Origin: an uncultured Candidatus Binatia bacterium
GTDB lineage: Bacteria > Desulfobacterota > Binatia > UBA9968 > JAJDTQ01
NCBI GenBank assembly: GCA_965213675.1
Contig: CBDCAF010000006.1
Location: 1-30,822, forward strand
Direction of reading: 5' to 3'
Length of the DNA stretch: 30,822 nucleotides
The translations under genes and the position numbers were made by a program. The notes beneath the pieces were generated by a model, which was given only the letters and a program-made list of their open reading frames with translations, was not told the DNA's origin and ran no database searches. This document shows, piece after piece, positions 9,051 through 18,475 of this stretch; positions within the stretch are counted from its first letter, which is position 1; the number at the start of each line of letters is the position of its first letter.

Positions 9051-10001
9051 ATGAAAGCGGTCTACATCCCCGAAACCGGCGGCCCGGAAGTGCTGACCTA
9101 CGGCGAGGTTGCCGAGCCGGAGATCGGCGCCACGGACCTGCTGGTCCGGGTCAAGGCCGCGGCGCTCAACCGACGGGATCTGTTTGCCCGGGAGGGAAGC
9201 CACGGCGTCAAGCCGCCGCTGCCCCACGTTCCCGGCCTGGAGATAGCGGGCGAAGTGGTGGACGCCGGAGCCGAGACCACCGGGTTCAAGGCCGGCGACC
9301 GGGTGCTGGGACGTTGCCGGGGCGGCGGCTACGCGGAGCTGGCGCGGATGGAAGCCGCCGACGCCTACGTCTTCCCGGAGTGGTTGTCCTTCGAGGAGGC
9401 GGCGTGCATCGCCGTGCCCTTCGGCACCGCTTGGCGCATGCTGGTGCGCCGGGCGGAACTCAAGGCGGGGGAAGACCTGCTGGTGATGGCCGCGGGCAGC
9501 GGCATCGGCAGCGCCGCCATCCAGCTCGGCAAGCTCCTGGGAGCGCGTGTCCTCACCACGGCCGGGGCCCAGTGGAAGCTCGACAAGGCCGCGGAACTGG
9601 GCGCCGACGCGGGCATCAACTACAACGAGTTCCCCGAATTCAGCAAAAAAGTCCGGGAACTGACGGACGCTGAGGGTGTGCACGTCATCTTCGAGCACGT
9701 GGGCGCGCCGGTATGGCGCGAGTGCTTCGCCAGCCTGCGGCGCGGCGGCCGCTTCATCAACTCCGGGGTTACCGCCGGCCACCGGGTGGAACTGCACCTG
9801 GGGCAGCTCTGGACCCGGGAACTGACCCTCATGGGCACCACCATGCGCCCGCGCGAGGACATGCCGGAGATCATGAAGCTGGTGTACGAACGGAAACTGC
9901 ACGGCATCCTGTCCGAGGCCCTGCCACTCAGGGAGGCCGCCCGCGCCCACGAGTTGATGGAGCGCAGCGAGTTCTTCGGCAAGATCGTGCTGGTGCCGTA
10001 G
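9051..10001 (+). CDS. MDR-family quinone oxidoreductase / alcohol dehydrogenase-like protein
   Basis: GGPEVL, AAALNRRD, PHVPGLEIAG, AAGSGIGSAAIQ, FGKIVL; no structural-Zn cysteine cluster. Confidence 0.9.
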   Translation: MKAVYIPETGGPEVLTYGEVAEPEIGATDLLVRVKAAALNRRDLFAREGSHGVKPPLPHVPGLEIAGEVVDAGAETTGFKAGDRVLGRCRGGGYAELARMEAADAYVFPEWLSFEEAACIAVPFGTAWRMLVRRAELKAGEDLLVMAAGSGIGSAAIQLGKLLGARVLTTAGAQWKLDKAAELGADAGINYNEFPEFSKKVRELTDAEGVHVIFEHVGAPVWRECFASLRRGGRFINSGVTAGHRVELHLGQLWTRELTLMGTTMRPREDMPEIMKLVYERKLHGILSEALPLREAARAHELMERSEFFGKIVLVP

Positions 10002-10057
10002 AATGTCCCATCCAGTGCTGGTGTCGCTACCGAAACGAGCATGGTAGCCAAGCCCTG

Positions 10058-10218
10058 GGAGCCTGTCGGGTTTATCAAGAATCTACTGCGAGGCAGCGAA
10101 ATGGGTCCATTTCCGGTTGGATTTTCGTCCAATATTACCAATATTCTCCTCAAATCCGCCCGAAACCGGCCTCCATTTCTCTGCCTCTCGCTACGATTCG
10201 ATAAACTCGACAGGCTCC
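10058..10218. mobile_element. MITE-like fold-back element, 161 bp
   Basis: TIRs GGAGCCTGTCGGGTTTATC (10058-10076) and GATAAACTCGACAGGCTCC (10200-10218) match 18/19. Inner arms 10090-10104 and 10173-10187 match 14/15. Flanks are TG and TA; no coding capacity. Confidence 0.75.
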
Positions 10219-10322
10219 TATTGAGAGCCGCATAATATCGTGACACCCGAGCATGCCGGCCTCTCCTTTAGAAGGCGGTAAAGAGCACGGAAAGGCGTCA
10301 CTATATTGTGCAATGGTCAATA

Positions 10323-10479
10323 GAATCGTCATTCCCGCAAAAGCTTGCCCTCGACCCCGATCGGGGGCGGGAATCCAGGAGGGGCGAGGCGGGGAAACGC
10401 CGCGGTATGCCCCTGCACCGTCCCTGGATTCCCGCCCCCGATCGGGGTCGAGGGCAAGCTTTCGCGGGAATGACGATTC
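10323..10479. repeat. Inverted doublet of dRS3-like palindromic repeat (family A)
   Basis: The 57-bp arms 10323-10379 and 10423-10479 are reverse complements with one mismatch, separated by a 43-bp GC-rich spacer. Confidence 0.9.
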
Positions 10480-10582
10480 GGGGGATCCGAGATCTCATCT
10501 CGTACCGATTCTTCATCCCCTGGTATGTCGGATTCAAGCCAGAGTGGGTGATCGCCGGTCACGGTTCGAGGCATGAGAGCTT

Positions 10583-11530
10583 ATGCGGTTCGGGATCATG
10601 GGGACAGGCGGCGTGGGGGGTTACTTCGGAGGGCTGCTGGCGCGGGCGGGCTGGCCGGTGTGCTTCATTGCCCGGGGCAGTCACCTCCGCGCCTTGAGAG
10701 AGCACGGTCTGCGCGTGGATTCGGTGGAGCCGGGAGGGTTTAGGGTCCGGGACGCGGTGTTCACCGACGATGCGGTGGAGGCCGGACCGTGCGACGTGAT
10801 CCTGTACTGCGTCAAGACCCCTTCCAACGACACCGCGATCCCGTTCATGCGGCCCATGATGCACTCCGATTCCGTTGTGATCTCGCTGCAGAACGGTGTC
10901 GACAACGGCGAGAGGCTGGCGCGGGAATATGGCGCGGGACGGGTGATGGAGGGGGCGGCCTATGTCTTCAGCACCATCGCCGGGCCGGGGCGAATTCACC
11001 AGACCGGCGGCCCGCGCCGCATCGTGTTCGGACGCCTCGATGGCGGCGCCACCGCCGAGGGGGAGCGGATCGTGGAGGCCATGCGCCGTGGGCAGGTGGA
11101 CGCGCGCCTCTCCACGGACATCCGCATCGAACTGTGGAACAAGTTCATCCTGATCTGCGCGGTGAGCGGCATGACCGCGCTGACCCGGCGGCCCCTGGGT
11201 GAGATCCTCGGCTATGACGGCACCGCGCGCATGGCCCGGGAAGTGATGCGGGAGGTGTACCGGCTGGCGCTGGCCATGGGCATTCCGCTGGAACCCGATT
11301 CCGACGCCGCGAACTATCGCTTCATGACGCGACAGGATCCCTCCGGCAAGGGCAGCATGTGCCATGACGTGGAGGCCGGACGGCGGCTTGAAATCGACGC
11401 GCTCAACGGCTTCGTCTCGCACATGGGCCGGGTCCATGGGGTGGCCACGCCGCTCAACGATTTCCTCTACGACACGCTGAAGCTGGCGGACGTGCAGGCG
11501 GCGCAACGGCTCAACGAAGGGCCATCGTGA
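10583..11530 (+). CDS. panE: 2-dehydropantoate 2-reductase (ketopantoate reductase family)
   Basis: GTGGVGGYFG, CVKT, SLQNG, LWNKF (catalytic Lys), SM..D...GR.LEIDALNG, TPLN. Confidence 0.88.
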   Translation: MRFGIMGTGGVGGYFGGLLARAGWPVCFIARGSHLRALREHGLRVDSVEPGGFRVRDAVFTDDAVEAGPCDVILYCVKTPSNDTAIPFMRPMMHSDSVVISLQNGVDNGERLAREYGAGRVMEGAAYVFSTIAGPGRIHQTGGPRRIVFGRLDGGATAEGERIVEAMRRGQVDARLSTDIRIELWNKFILICAVSGMTALTRRPLGEILGYDGTARMAREVMREVYRLALAMGIPLEPDSDAANYRFMTRQDPSGKGSMCHDVEAGRRLEIDALNGFVSHMGRVHGVATPLNDFLYDTLKLADVQAAQRLNEGPS

Positions 11531-12240
11531 ACGCGCTTCGCCAACACACGGACAAGATCGCCGTGGACCGGGGCATGGAGGTGTCCACAGTGACGGCGGA
11601 GCCCCCGGGCGGCCGGTCCGGCGCGGCCGACGTCATCGTGCTCGCCCACGGCGCGGGCGCGGACATGCACCACCCGTTCATGACCTTCTTCCACGAGGCA
11701 TTGGCCCGGGCGGGTTGGCTGTCGGTCAAATTCAACTTTCCCTACAAGGAGTTGGGGCGAAAAGCCCCGGACCCCGCGGCCCGGCTGGAGGACGCGTTCG
11801 AGCGGGTTCTGGACCATGTGCGCGGGACTCTGCGTCCCGCGCCGGAACGGCTCTTCATCGGCGGCAAGTCCATGGGCGGCCGCATCGCCGCCAACGTCGC
11901 GGCCAAGGAAGCGGAGGCGGGCGAACAGAACCTCGCGGGCCTCGTCTTCCTGGGCTACCCGCTGCACGCGCCCAAGCGCCACGACAAGCTGCGCGCCGAC
12001 AACCTCATGAAGATCGCCGCGCCCATGCTGTTCGTGGAGGGCACCAGCGATCCCTTCTGCCGCCTGGACCTGTTGGACGAGGTGCTGGAGCGGGTGACGG
12101 CCGCGACCACGAAGCACCTGATCGAAGGCGGCAACCACGACTTCCGCGTCCCCAAGCGGCTGGGCCGCGAGCCCGAGGACATCTGGCAGGAGGTCGTAGG
12201 GGTCATCGGCCGCTGGCGGAAGACGCTGCCCGCCGGGTGA
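11527..12240 (+). CDS. Alpha/beta hydrolase (KANL3/Tex30-like)
   Basis: LAHGAGA, FNFPY, GGKSMGGR nucleophile elbow, LGYPLH, GTSDPF, GGNHDF. Confidence 0.88.
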   Translation: MNALRQHTDKIAVDRGMEVSTVTAEPPGGRSGAADVIVLAHGAGADMHHPFMTFFHEALARAGWLSVKFNFPYKELGRKAPDPAARLEDAFERVLDHVRGTLRPAPERLFIGGKSMGGRIAANVAAKEAEAGEQNLAGLVFLGYPLHAPKRHDKLRADNLMKIAAPMLFVEGTSDPFCRLDLLDEVLERVTAATTKHLIEGGNHDFRVPKRLGREPEDIWQEVVGVIGRWRKTLPAG

Positions 12241-12310
12241 TGAGAGCGGCCCGCCCGCAAACCTCCGGGTTGGCGACCCTCGCCTCGCGGACCAGGCGGC
12301 GCGGGCGCCG

Positions 12311-12907
12311 TTACTTCGCCGCTTCCTTGCGGCGCGCCGTCTGGGTCACCACGGGTTCCATCGGCACGTCGCTGTGGGGGCCGCGGTTGCCGGTCTGCAC
12401 ACCGGCGATCTTGTCCACCACATCCATCCCCTCCACCACACGGCCAAACACCGCATAGCCGAAATCGCGGGTGCCGTGGTCGAGGAACGCGTTGTCTTTC
12501 AAGTTGATGAAAAACTGGGAGGTGGCGCTGTTGATGTCCGAGGTACGCGCCATGGACAGGGTGCCGCGGGAATTCTTGACACCATTGTCGGCCTCGTTCT
12601 TGATGGGCGCACGGGTTGGTTTCTGGTTCATGTCGGCGGTGAAGCCGCCGCCCTGGATCACGAAACCGGGAATGACCCGATGAAAGATGGTGCCGTCGAA
12701 GAAGCCGGCATCGACGTATTCAAGAAAGTTCTTCGTCGTGACCGGCGCCTCTTCGGACAAAAGCTCGATCATGATGTCGCCCATCGACGTGGAAAATGTC
12801 ACCACAGGCCTGTCTCCTCCCTCTGCGGTTGGGCTGAACGCCACCGCGCCCAGAAACAAAAAGATCGCCGCTGCAAGGCACCTGAGTGCCGTTCCCTGCT
12901 GTCTCAA
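12311..12907 (-). CDS. ppiA: Cyclophilin-type peptidyl-prolyl cis-trans isomerase with signal peptide
   Basis: [40 protein letters not shown] strong RBS AAAGGAGGT precedes TTG 12907, so the 13396 start in the track is over-extended. Confidence 0.92.
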   Translation of the reverse strand: MRQQGTALRCLAAAIFLFLGAVAFSPTAEGGDRPVVTFSTSMGDIMIELLSEEAPVTTKNFLEYVDAGFFDGTIFHRVIPGFVIQGGGFTADMNQKPTRAPIKNEADNGVKNSRGTLSMARTSDINSATSQFFINLKDNAFLDHGTRDFGYAVFGRVVEGMDVVDKIAGVQTGNRGPHSDVPMEPVVTQTARRKEAAK

Positions 12908-12981
12908 GAGATACCTCCTTTGGTGTCCCAATGTTCGAACCGGCCGTTGTCTTGTGTCCGATACGAGCACTTGACCTGTGC

Positions 12982-13812
12982 TCAAGTCTGACTGGCGGGG
13001 GCCGGGAACGCTTCCGCTGGAATGTGATCGAGTATCCAGTCCACCACGCTGGGTTTTCCCATAACGAGGTCGAAACGGCGCTCCCGCGGTTCCTTTCCGG
13101 CACGCTCGAAGCAAAGGTAGCGGCCGCCCGCCTCCTCCATCAAGACCTTGCTGGCCATGGTATCCCAAAGGCGCAGATCGAAGTCCACCATGGCCGCCAC
13201 CGAGCCATCGAGCGCCAGCGCGTGGCCAAAGCAGTCGGTGTACGTCCGCACGCCGGGATGCGCCCGCATGAGCGCGTCGAACACCAAGGGCTGCCCGGCG
13301 TTCACGAACTGCTGGCGATCCCCGACGCCGATGATCTCCTGGTCCAGCGCACCGTGGCCAGGCAGATCCGCCAACGCCAGCGCCCGGCCATTGCACCGCG
13401 CGCCGAGGCCCCTGGCCGCGCTGTAGGTCCTGTCGAATCCGGGCAAGTCGATGATGCCGAGGATCGGATCGTCGCCGTCGAGGAGGGCCAGGAGCGTGCC
13501 GTAGAGCGGCACCCCGTGGCGAAAGCTCTTGGTACCGTCGATGGGATCGATGACCCAGGTGAGGGCGTGGGCGCCGCCGGCTTCAGGCAGTTCCTCGCCG
13601 ATGATGCGGTGCGCGGGAAAGCGCTCGGCCAACAACGCGCGCGCCTTCTCCTCCACCGCGATGTCGACATCGGTCACGAAGCTCCCGTCGGCCTTGGAAC
13701 GGTGCGTGAACCCCGTCTCCAGAGCGTTCCGGATCAGCCCACGGGTCTCCCGGACGATGCCCAGAGCGTCGGACAGCATCGCGCTCAGTGCGTTCGCGGG
13801 CACGCCGTTCAC
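12982..13812 (-). CDS. Inositol monophosphatase family protein (HisN-like histidinol-phosphatase candidate)
   Basis: [42 protein letters not shown]. Start GTG 13812 inferred. Confidence 0.85.
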   Translation of the reverse strand: MNGVPANALSAMLSDALGIVRETRGLIRNALETGFTHRSKADGSFVTDVDIAVEEKARALLAERFPAHRIIGEELPEAGGAHALTWVIDPIDGTKSFRHGVPLYGTLLALLDGDDPILGIIDLPGFDRTYSAARGLGARCNGRALALADLPGHGALDQEIIGVGDRQQFVNAGQPLVFDALMRAHPGVRTYTDCFGHALALDGSVAAMVDFDLRLWDTMASKVLMEEAGGRYLCFERAGKEPRERRFDLVMGKPSVVDWILDHIPAEAFPAPASQT

Positions 13813-13865
13813 GAGGGGCCTCTTCCCGCACACCCCGGCATTGCCTCGCTGCAACCCATGGGCGG

Positions 13866-13894
13866 AGTATACACGCTGCCCGGAATACAGTGAA
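13866..13894 (-). promoter_or_regulatory. Putative sigma70 promoter TTCACT-N17-TATACT
   Basis: Minus-strand -35/-10 match with 17-bp spacing, upstream of the HisN-like gene. Confidence 0.45.
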
Positions 13895-14036
13895 ACGAGG
13901 AAGGCGCTGGCAACCGTGGCGAGCGATGCGACACGGCCTGCGAATCGTCATGGATGTCGCCGAATGACGGTGGACGGCCGGGGCTTGCGGCTGTTAGGGT
14001 TGGCCAACCGATCCATCGGCAGCGAGGAGGCTTCCC

Positions 14037-14795
14037 ATGCACCATGCGATCCACGCCATGACCGTCGGCATCGCCGAGAATTGGCGCCACTCCGGCATCA
14101 TGCCGTGCATCCGCAGCGACGCGGAACGCGACGAGCCGGTGCCCTACATCATCTGGTGCATCGAGACCCCGGACGGCCCGGTGGTGGTGGACACGGCCTA
14201 CCACCCCGACTACGTCACCGCGGAGTGGGCCCAGGGGAACCAGTTCCGCGAGCCGGCGCGGTTGCTTGGCGAGATCGGCATCCGGCCGGAAGACGTGGCC
14301 ACGGTCATCGTGACCCACTTCCACGTGGACCACTTCACCGGCTTCGACTTCTTCCCCAAGGCGAACTTCGTCATCCAGAAGGACGAGTACGATTTCTGGA
14401 CCGGGCCGATGATGCGTTTCGACTACCTCAACAAGCTGGTGCGCCCCAAGGTGCGGCCGGCGCTGCAACGGCTGGTGGACGAGGGCCGCGTCACCCTGGT
14501 GGACGGGGACCATGCGCTCGCGCCGGGCGTGGAGTTGCTCAAGGCCGGCGGCCACACCCCGGGCTCACAGATGGTGGCAGTGGACACGGCCGCGGGCCGG
14601 GCCGTGCTGTGCGGCGACATCGCCTACACCTACCGGAACCTGCGCGAGCGCCTCCCGGTGGGTTGGTACTTCAACCTGCCCGACTCGGTGGTGGCGCTGG
14701 ACCGGGCGCTCCGGACCGCGTCGCGCCCGGAGTTGTCATTTCCCAACCACGACCCCGAGATCATGCAAGGCAAGCGGGTGATCCGGGTAGCCTGA
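14037..14795 (+). CDS. Metallo-beta-lactamase fold hydrolase, N-acyl-homoserine lactonase-like
   Basis: THFHVDH (HxHxDH), GHTPGSQ, LCGDIAY, PNHDP; RBS GAGGAGG. Confidence 0.85.
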   Translation: MHHAIHAMTVGIAENWRHSGIMPCIRSDAERDEPVPYIIWCIETPDGPVVVDTAYHPDYVTAEWAQGNQFREPARLLGEIGIRPEDVATVIVTHFHVDHFTGFDFFPKANFVIQKDEYDFWTGPMMRFDYLNKLVRPKVRPALQRLVDEGRVTLVDGDHALAPGVELLKAGGHTPGSQMVAVDTAAGRAVLCGDIAYTYRNLRERLPVGWYFNLPDSVVALDRALRTASRPELSFPNHDPEIMQGKRVIRVA

Positions 14796-14864
14796 GGGCG
14801 GCTTGGCGACATCCAACCCGGAGTCCTGCCGGCGGTGCTTGCGAATCACGAACATCAGGGACAA

Positions 14865-15653
14865 ATGAACCTCGAGAACGCACTGGCAACGGCCCGAGGG
14901 GCGGCGCATCACGCCGGAGAGAAGCTCCTCTCCTACTACACGTCGGAATACACCATCCAGCACAAGGGCGGGGGGAACCCGGTCACCACCGCCGACATCG
15001 AGGCCAACACCGTGTTGCGGGAAGCCCTGCTCGGCGCCTTCCCCGAATCCGGCTGGCTGTCGGAGGAATCATCCGACGACGGCAAACGGCTGCAAAAGGA
15101 GTGGGTGTGGATCGTGGACCCCCTGGACGGGACCGTGGAGTTCATCAAGGGGATCGACGAGTTTGCCGTGTCCGTGGCCCTGGTGCGCGGCGCGACGCCG
15201 GTGGTGGCGGTGACGTACAACCCGGCCACCGGGTGCATGACCCATTGCCGTCAGGGCTCCGGGACGTTCCGGAACGACCGGCCCGTGCGCGTATCGGATC
15301 GCCCGGGACTGGCGGGAGCCACCGCACTGGCCAGCAGGAGCGAGACCCGGAGGGGCCTCTTGGCGGGGTTGGAGGGGACGATCAAAATCACGCCGACAGG
15401 CAGCATCGCCCACAAACTCGCGGAGTTTGCCGGCGGACGCGCCGACCTCACCGTGAGCCTGGCGCCGAAGAACGAATGGGACGTGTGCGCGGGAGTGCTG
15501 CTGGCGGAGGAAGCCGGGGCCAAGGTCACGGACCTGGACGGGCGCCCTTTCGCTTTCAATCAACCCGACACGCTGCGCAACGGCGTCATCGCCGCCAATC
15601 CGTCACTCTATCCGGAGCTGTTCCAGCTCGTGGCCGAGCGCAGGCGCTCCTAG
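14865..15653 (+). CDS. cysQ: 3'(2'),5'-bisphosphate nucleotidase CysQ-like (IMPase family)
   Basis: NPVTTAD, WLSEES, WIVDPLDGT.EFI, EFAVSVAL, GSIAHK, KNEWDVCAG. Confidence 0.8.
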   Translation: MNLENALATARGAAHHAGEKLLSYYTSEYTIQHKGGGNPVTTADIEANTVLREALLGAFPESGWLSEESSDDGKRLQKEWVWIVDPLDGTVEFIKGIDEFAVSVALVRGATPVVAVTYNPATGCMTHCRQGSGTFRNDRPVRVSDRPGLAGATALASRSETRRGLLAGLEGTIKITPTGSIAHKLAEFAGGRADLTVSLAPKNEWDVCAGVLLAEEAGAKVTDLDGRPFAFNQPDTLRNGVIAANPSLYPELFQLVAERRRS

Positions 15654-15661
15654 TGTGGTGT

Positions 15662-15734
15662 CTGGTTTCCCGCCCCCGATCGGGGTCGAGGGCAAGCTTT
15701 CGCGGGAATGACGGAAGGAGGGCGGAATGACGAT
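15662..15734. repeat. Family A repeat, single copy plus partial GGAATGACG end
   Basis: CTGGTTTCCCGCCCCCGATCGGGGTCGAGGGCAAGCTTTCGCGGGAATGACG is nearly identical to 10424-10475. An extra GCGGAATGACG starts at 15722. Lies between convergent genes. Confidence 0.88.
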
Positions 15735-15748
15735 ATCGGGCGCCGGCG

Positions 15749-15994
15749 TCATTCCGTATCCGGATCGGCGACTTCCTGCAGCAGTTCCAGGGCCGTGTCA
15801 GCCTCTTCTTCCGGCACCTGGATGACCGCGGCCGCTCCGCCCGAACCGAAGGCGCCCCACAACGGCCCCACCGGCAGCAGGGTCAGCGCCGATTCGCCCT
15901 GGACCACGTAGGTGATTCCGGCGCTCTCCAGGACGGACTTGACCACGGCCAAAGTGGAGACGTCCACCGTCCGAAACACATCGACGTAGTTCAC
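15749..15994 (-). CDS. DUF2007-like small putative signal-transducing protein
   Basis: VVKSVLESAGI.Y.VQGE...IQVPEEEADTALELL pattern; GTG overlaps the surE TGA. Confidence 0.75.
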   Translation of the reverse strand: MNYVDVFRTVDVSTLAVVKSVLESAGITYVVQGESALTLLPVGPLWGAFGSGGAAAVIQVPEEEADTALELLQEVADPDTE

Positions 15995-16719
15995 GGCAAG
16001 GGTCCTTCTTCCCGGGGGTTCACGGCCGCCCCGGCGATATCCAGCACCAGCTTCGTCACTGCAACGCGCCCGCCCAGACACACGTCCACGTCCCGCCCGG
16101 GCTGCCGCGGACGCTGGTGATACACCGCCTCGTAGACGAATGCGCCTTCTTCCTTCCGGTAGGCCACGCCAAGGGGCCCCGTGTCCAGCGCGCAGAACGC
16201 CAGGTCCACCGCGCCGTCGGCGGGCGGGTGCGGCAGGTTCACGTTCCAGTACCCGCCCCGGGCCAGCTCGCCGGCCAACAGCCGCCGGAGCACGGGCGCC
16301 GCCCGGCGATGGGTGACATCCCAGTCCACCGGCCGGCCTTTGGCCACGTACTGTGAGATGGCGAGGGAGCGGCAGCCAAGCAGCGCGGCCTCACGGGCGG
16401 CGGCCACCGTGCCCGACGTGTAGACGTCCGCGCCGAGGTTCGCTCCCCGGTTGATGCCCGCCAGCACCCACGACGCATCCGGCACGATCTCGGTGAGCGC
16501 TATCCGGACACAGTCGGCGGGACTGGCCTGGACACTGTAACGTCCCGCATCGACTCGCTCCACCGGGATCGGTCGGTCCGTGGTGAGTTTGTGGCCGACG
16601 CCGGACTGCACGTCCGCCGGCGCCACCACGACGACCTCGCCCCACTCGCGCACGGTCCGCTCCAGCGCTTCCAGGCCCGGAGCGTCGATGCCGTCGTCAT
16701 TGGTGAGCAGCAGCTTCAC
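15991..16719 (-). CDS. surE: 5'/3'-nucleotidase SurE
   Basis: LLLTNDDGIDAPG, VVAP...QSG, SPADCV, GINRGANLG.DVYTSGTVAAAREA, NVNLP. Confidence 0.95.
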   Translation of the reverse strand: MKLLLTNDDGIDAPGLEALERTVREWGEVVVVAPADVQSGVGHKLTTDRPIPVERVDAGRYSVQASPADCVRIALTEIVPDASWVLAGINRGANLGADVYTSGTVAAAREAALLGCRSLAISQYVAKGRPVDWDVTHRRAAPVLRRLLAGELARGGYWNVNLPHPPADGAVDLAFCALDTGPLGVAYRKEEGAFVYEAVYHQRPRQPGRDVDVCLGGRVAVTKLVLDIAGAAVNPREEGPLP

Positions 16720-16722
16720 GAA

Positions 16723-18459
16723 CTACATCCGCTCCAGGGGCTGGATGCCGAGGATGGTCAGGCCGCTCCGGAGCACCTGCTTCACCGCGGTGAAGAGCAG
16801 CAGCCGGGCCTGCGCCTTGCCGGTCTCCTCGCCCTTGACCCGCAGCACCGTGTAGCTGGCGTGGAGGCCCCGGGCCAGCTCCAGCAGGTAGTTGGCCAGC
16901 ACCGAAGGCTCGTACAGCCGCCCGGCCTCCCGCAGCACGTCGGGGTAGCGGGCCACCAGGCTCACCAGCCGGTGGGCCTCCGGCTCCACCAGCGGACTCA
17001 CGCCGGCATCGGGGTCCGGTTCGAGCCCGCAGTTGCGCAGGATGCCGGCAATGCGCGCGTGGGCGCTCATGAGGTACGGCCCGGTGTCGCCGTCGAAGGA
17101 GATGGCCAGGTTCCAGTCGAAGCGGTAGTCCTTGATGCGCTGCTTGGACAGGTCGGCGAAGAAGATGGCGGCGATGCCCACGGCTTCCGCCACCGTCTCC
17201 TCGTCGTCCAGGTCCAAGCGCTTCTCGATCTGCTCGCGCATGTACGTCAAGGCCCGCTGCCGTGCCTCGTCCAGCAGTTCTTCCAGGTAGATAACGTTGC
17301 CCTTGCGCGTGGACATGCCCTGCACCAGACCGAAGTTCACGTGCACGCAGTCTTTCCACCAAGGATGTCCCAGGAGCTTCAGGACCGTGAAGAGTTGGCG
17401 AAAATGGAGCGATTGGCCGCTGGCCACCACGTAGATGATGCGGTCGCAGCCGTAGGTGTCGTGGCGGTAGCGCGCTGCCGCCACGTCCCGGGTCAGGTAC
17501 AGCGTCGTGCCGTCAGCCTTCTCCAGAAGCGCGGGCGTGTCGATGCCCTCCGCGGAAAGGTCCACGACGAGGGCGCCGTCGGACACCGTGGCCAGCCCCT
17601 TGGCGCGGGCCTCCTCGATGACGACGTCCATCTTGTCGTTGAAGAACGACTCACCGTTGTAGGAATCGAAGCGCGCGCCCAAGCGTTCGTAGATGCGCTT
17701 GAAGTAGTCGAGGCTGGTGTCGCGGATGCGGCGCCAAAACTCCAGCGCCTCCGGTTCCCCCGCCTCCTGGCGGCGGAACCACTCCCGCGCCTCCTCCACC
17801 AGCTTCGCGTCGCCATCGGCGACCTCGTGGAACTTGACGTAGAGCCGGTTGAGGCTCATCAGGTCCTTCTCGTCACCCGGCTTCCCGAACCGCTTGAGGC
17901 CCGCGATCTGCCGGCCGAACTGGGTGCCCCAGTCACCCACGTGGTTGATCCCGACCACCTCGTAGCCCAGGGCCTCGAAGATCCGCACCAACGCCCCGCC
18001 AATGATGGTGGAGCGCAGATGGCCCACGTGGAAAGGCTTGGCGATGTTGGGGGAGGAGTAGTCGATGGCGATGGTCTGGCCGGTCCCGTCCGCGCAGGTG
18101 CCGTAGGCCTCGCCCGCCGAAGCCGCCTCGCGCAGCACCGCGTCGGCGAAGCGGGTGCGGTCCACGGAAAGGTTGACGTAGCCGCCAGCGGCCTGGGCGC
18201 CGCAAAGGAGATCCAGGTCCGCGGTCGCCTTCTCCGCGATCTCTTTCGCGATCACCGGAGGAGCCTTGCGCAGCTTCTTGGCCAGCGTGAAGCACGGGAA
18301 GGCGAAATCGCCCATGTCCGGCTTCGGCGGAGTCGTCAACATGCGATCCGCCGCCTCCGGGTCCAACTCCGCGTGCCGCGCCATGACCCGGGCCGCCTCG
18401 AGGCGAAAATCGGCGGCCTTCATAATGCCGACCGCTTCGGCTGATCTCTGTTCACCCAT
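16723..18459 (-). CDS. argS: Arginine--tRNA ligase
   Basis: GDFAFPCF.LAK, IDYSSPNIAKPFHVGHLRST (HIGH), GDWGTQFG, MSTRKG (KMSKS-equivalent), GDTGPYL. Start is 18459 or 18423. Confidence 0.97.
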   Translation of the reverse strand: MGEQRSAEAVGIMKAADFRLEAARVMARHAELDPEAADRMLTTPPKPDMGDFAFPCFTLAKKLRKAPPVIAKEIAEKATADLDLLCGAQAAGGYVNLSVDRTRFADAVLREAASAGEAYGTCADGTGQTIAIDYSSPNIAKPFHVGHLRSTIIGGALVRIFEALGYEVVGINHVGDWGTQFGRQIAGLKRFGKPGDEKDLMSLNRLYVKFHEVADGDAKLVEEAREWFRRQEAGEPEALEFWRRIRDTSLDYFKRIYERLGARFDSYNGESFFNDKMDVVIEEARAKGLATVSDGALVVDLSAEGIDTPALLEKADGTTLYLTRDVAAARYRHDTYGCDRIIYVVASGQSLHFRQLFTVLKLLGHPWWKDCVHVNFGLVQGMSTRKGNVIYLEELLDEARQRALTYMREQIEKRLDLDDEETVAEAVGIAAIFFADLSKQRIKDYRFDWNLAISFDGDTGPYLMSAHARIAGILRNCGLEPDPDAGVSPLVEPEAHRLVSLVARYPDVLREAGRLYEPSVLANYLLELARGLHASYTVLRVKGEETGKAQARLLLFTAVKQVLRSGLTILGIQPLERM

Positions 18460-18466
18460 CTCACCG

Positions 18467-18475
18467 AGGATAACA
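18467..18475 (-). promoter_or_regulatory. Putative extended -10 (TGtTATCCT) of argS
   Basis: Minus strand reads TGTTATCCT-cggtgag-ATG(18459). Confidence 0.4.

Noticed and set aside
10323-10479. Possible CRISPR repeat-spacer unit
   Set aside because: The arms are inverted, not direct; other copies are dispersed; no cas genes in the window.
10041-10697. Several short ORFs in the MDR-panE gap
   Set aside because: They are translations of the MITE-like and palindromic repeats (e.g. LDSRPRSGSRASFRGND recurs wherever the repeat occurs).
12251-14835. 19/23 inverted match between 12251-12273 and 14813-14835, suggesting an invertible segment
   Set aside because: Short and GC-rich, so plausible by chance; no recombinase nearby.
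13529-15730. 733-aa + strand ORF spanning three genes
   Set aside because: Arg/Gly/Pro-rich off-frame translation overlapping the MBL and CysQ-like genes.
16591-18444. 617-aa ORF antisense to argS
   Set aside because: Codon-aligned shadow of a GC-rich gene with no recognisable motifs, including no class II synthetase motifs.
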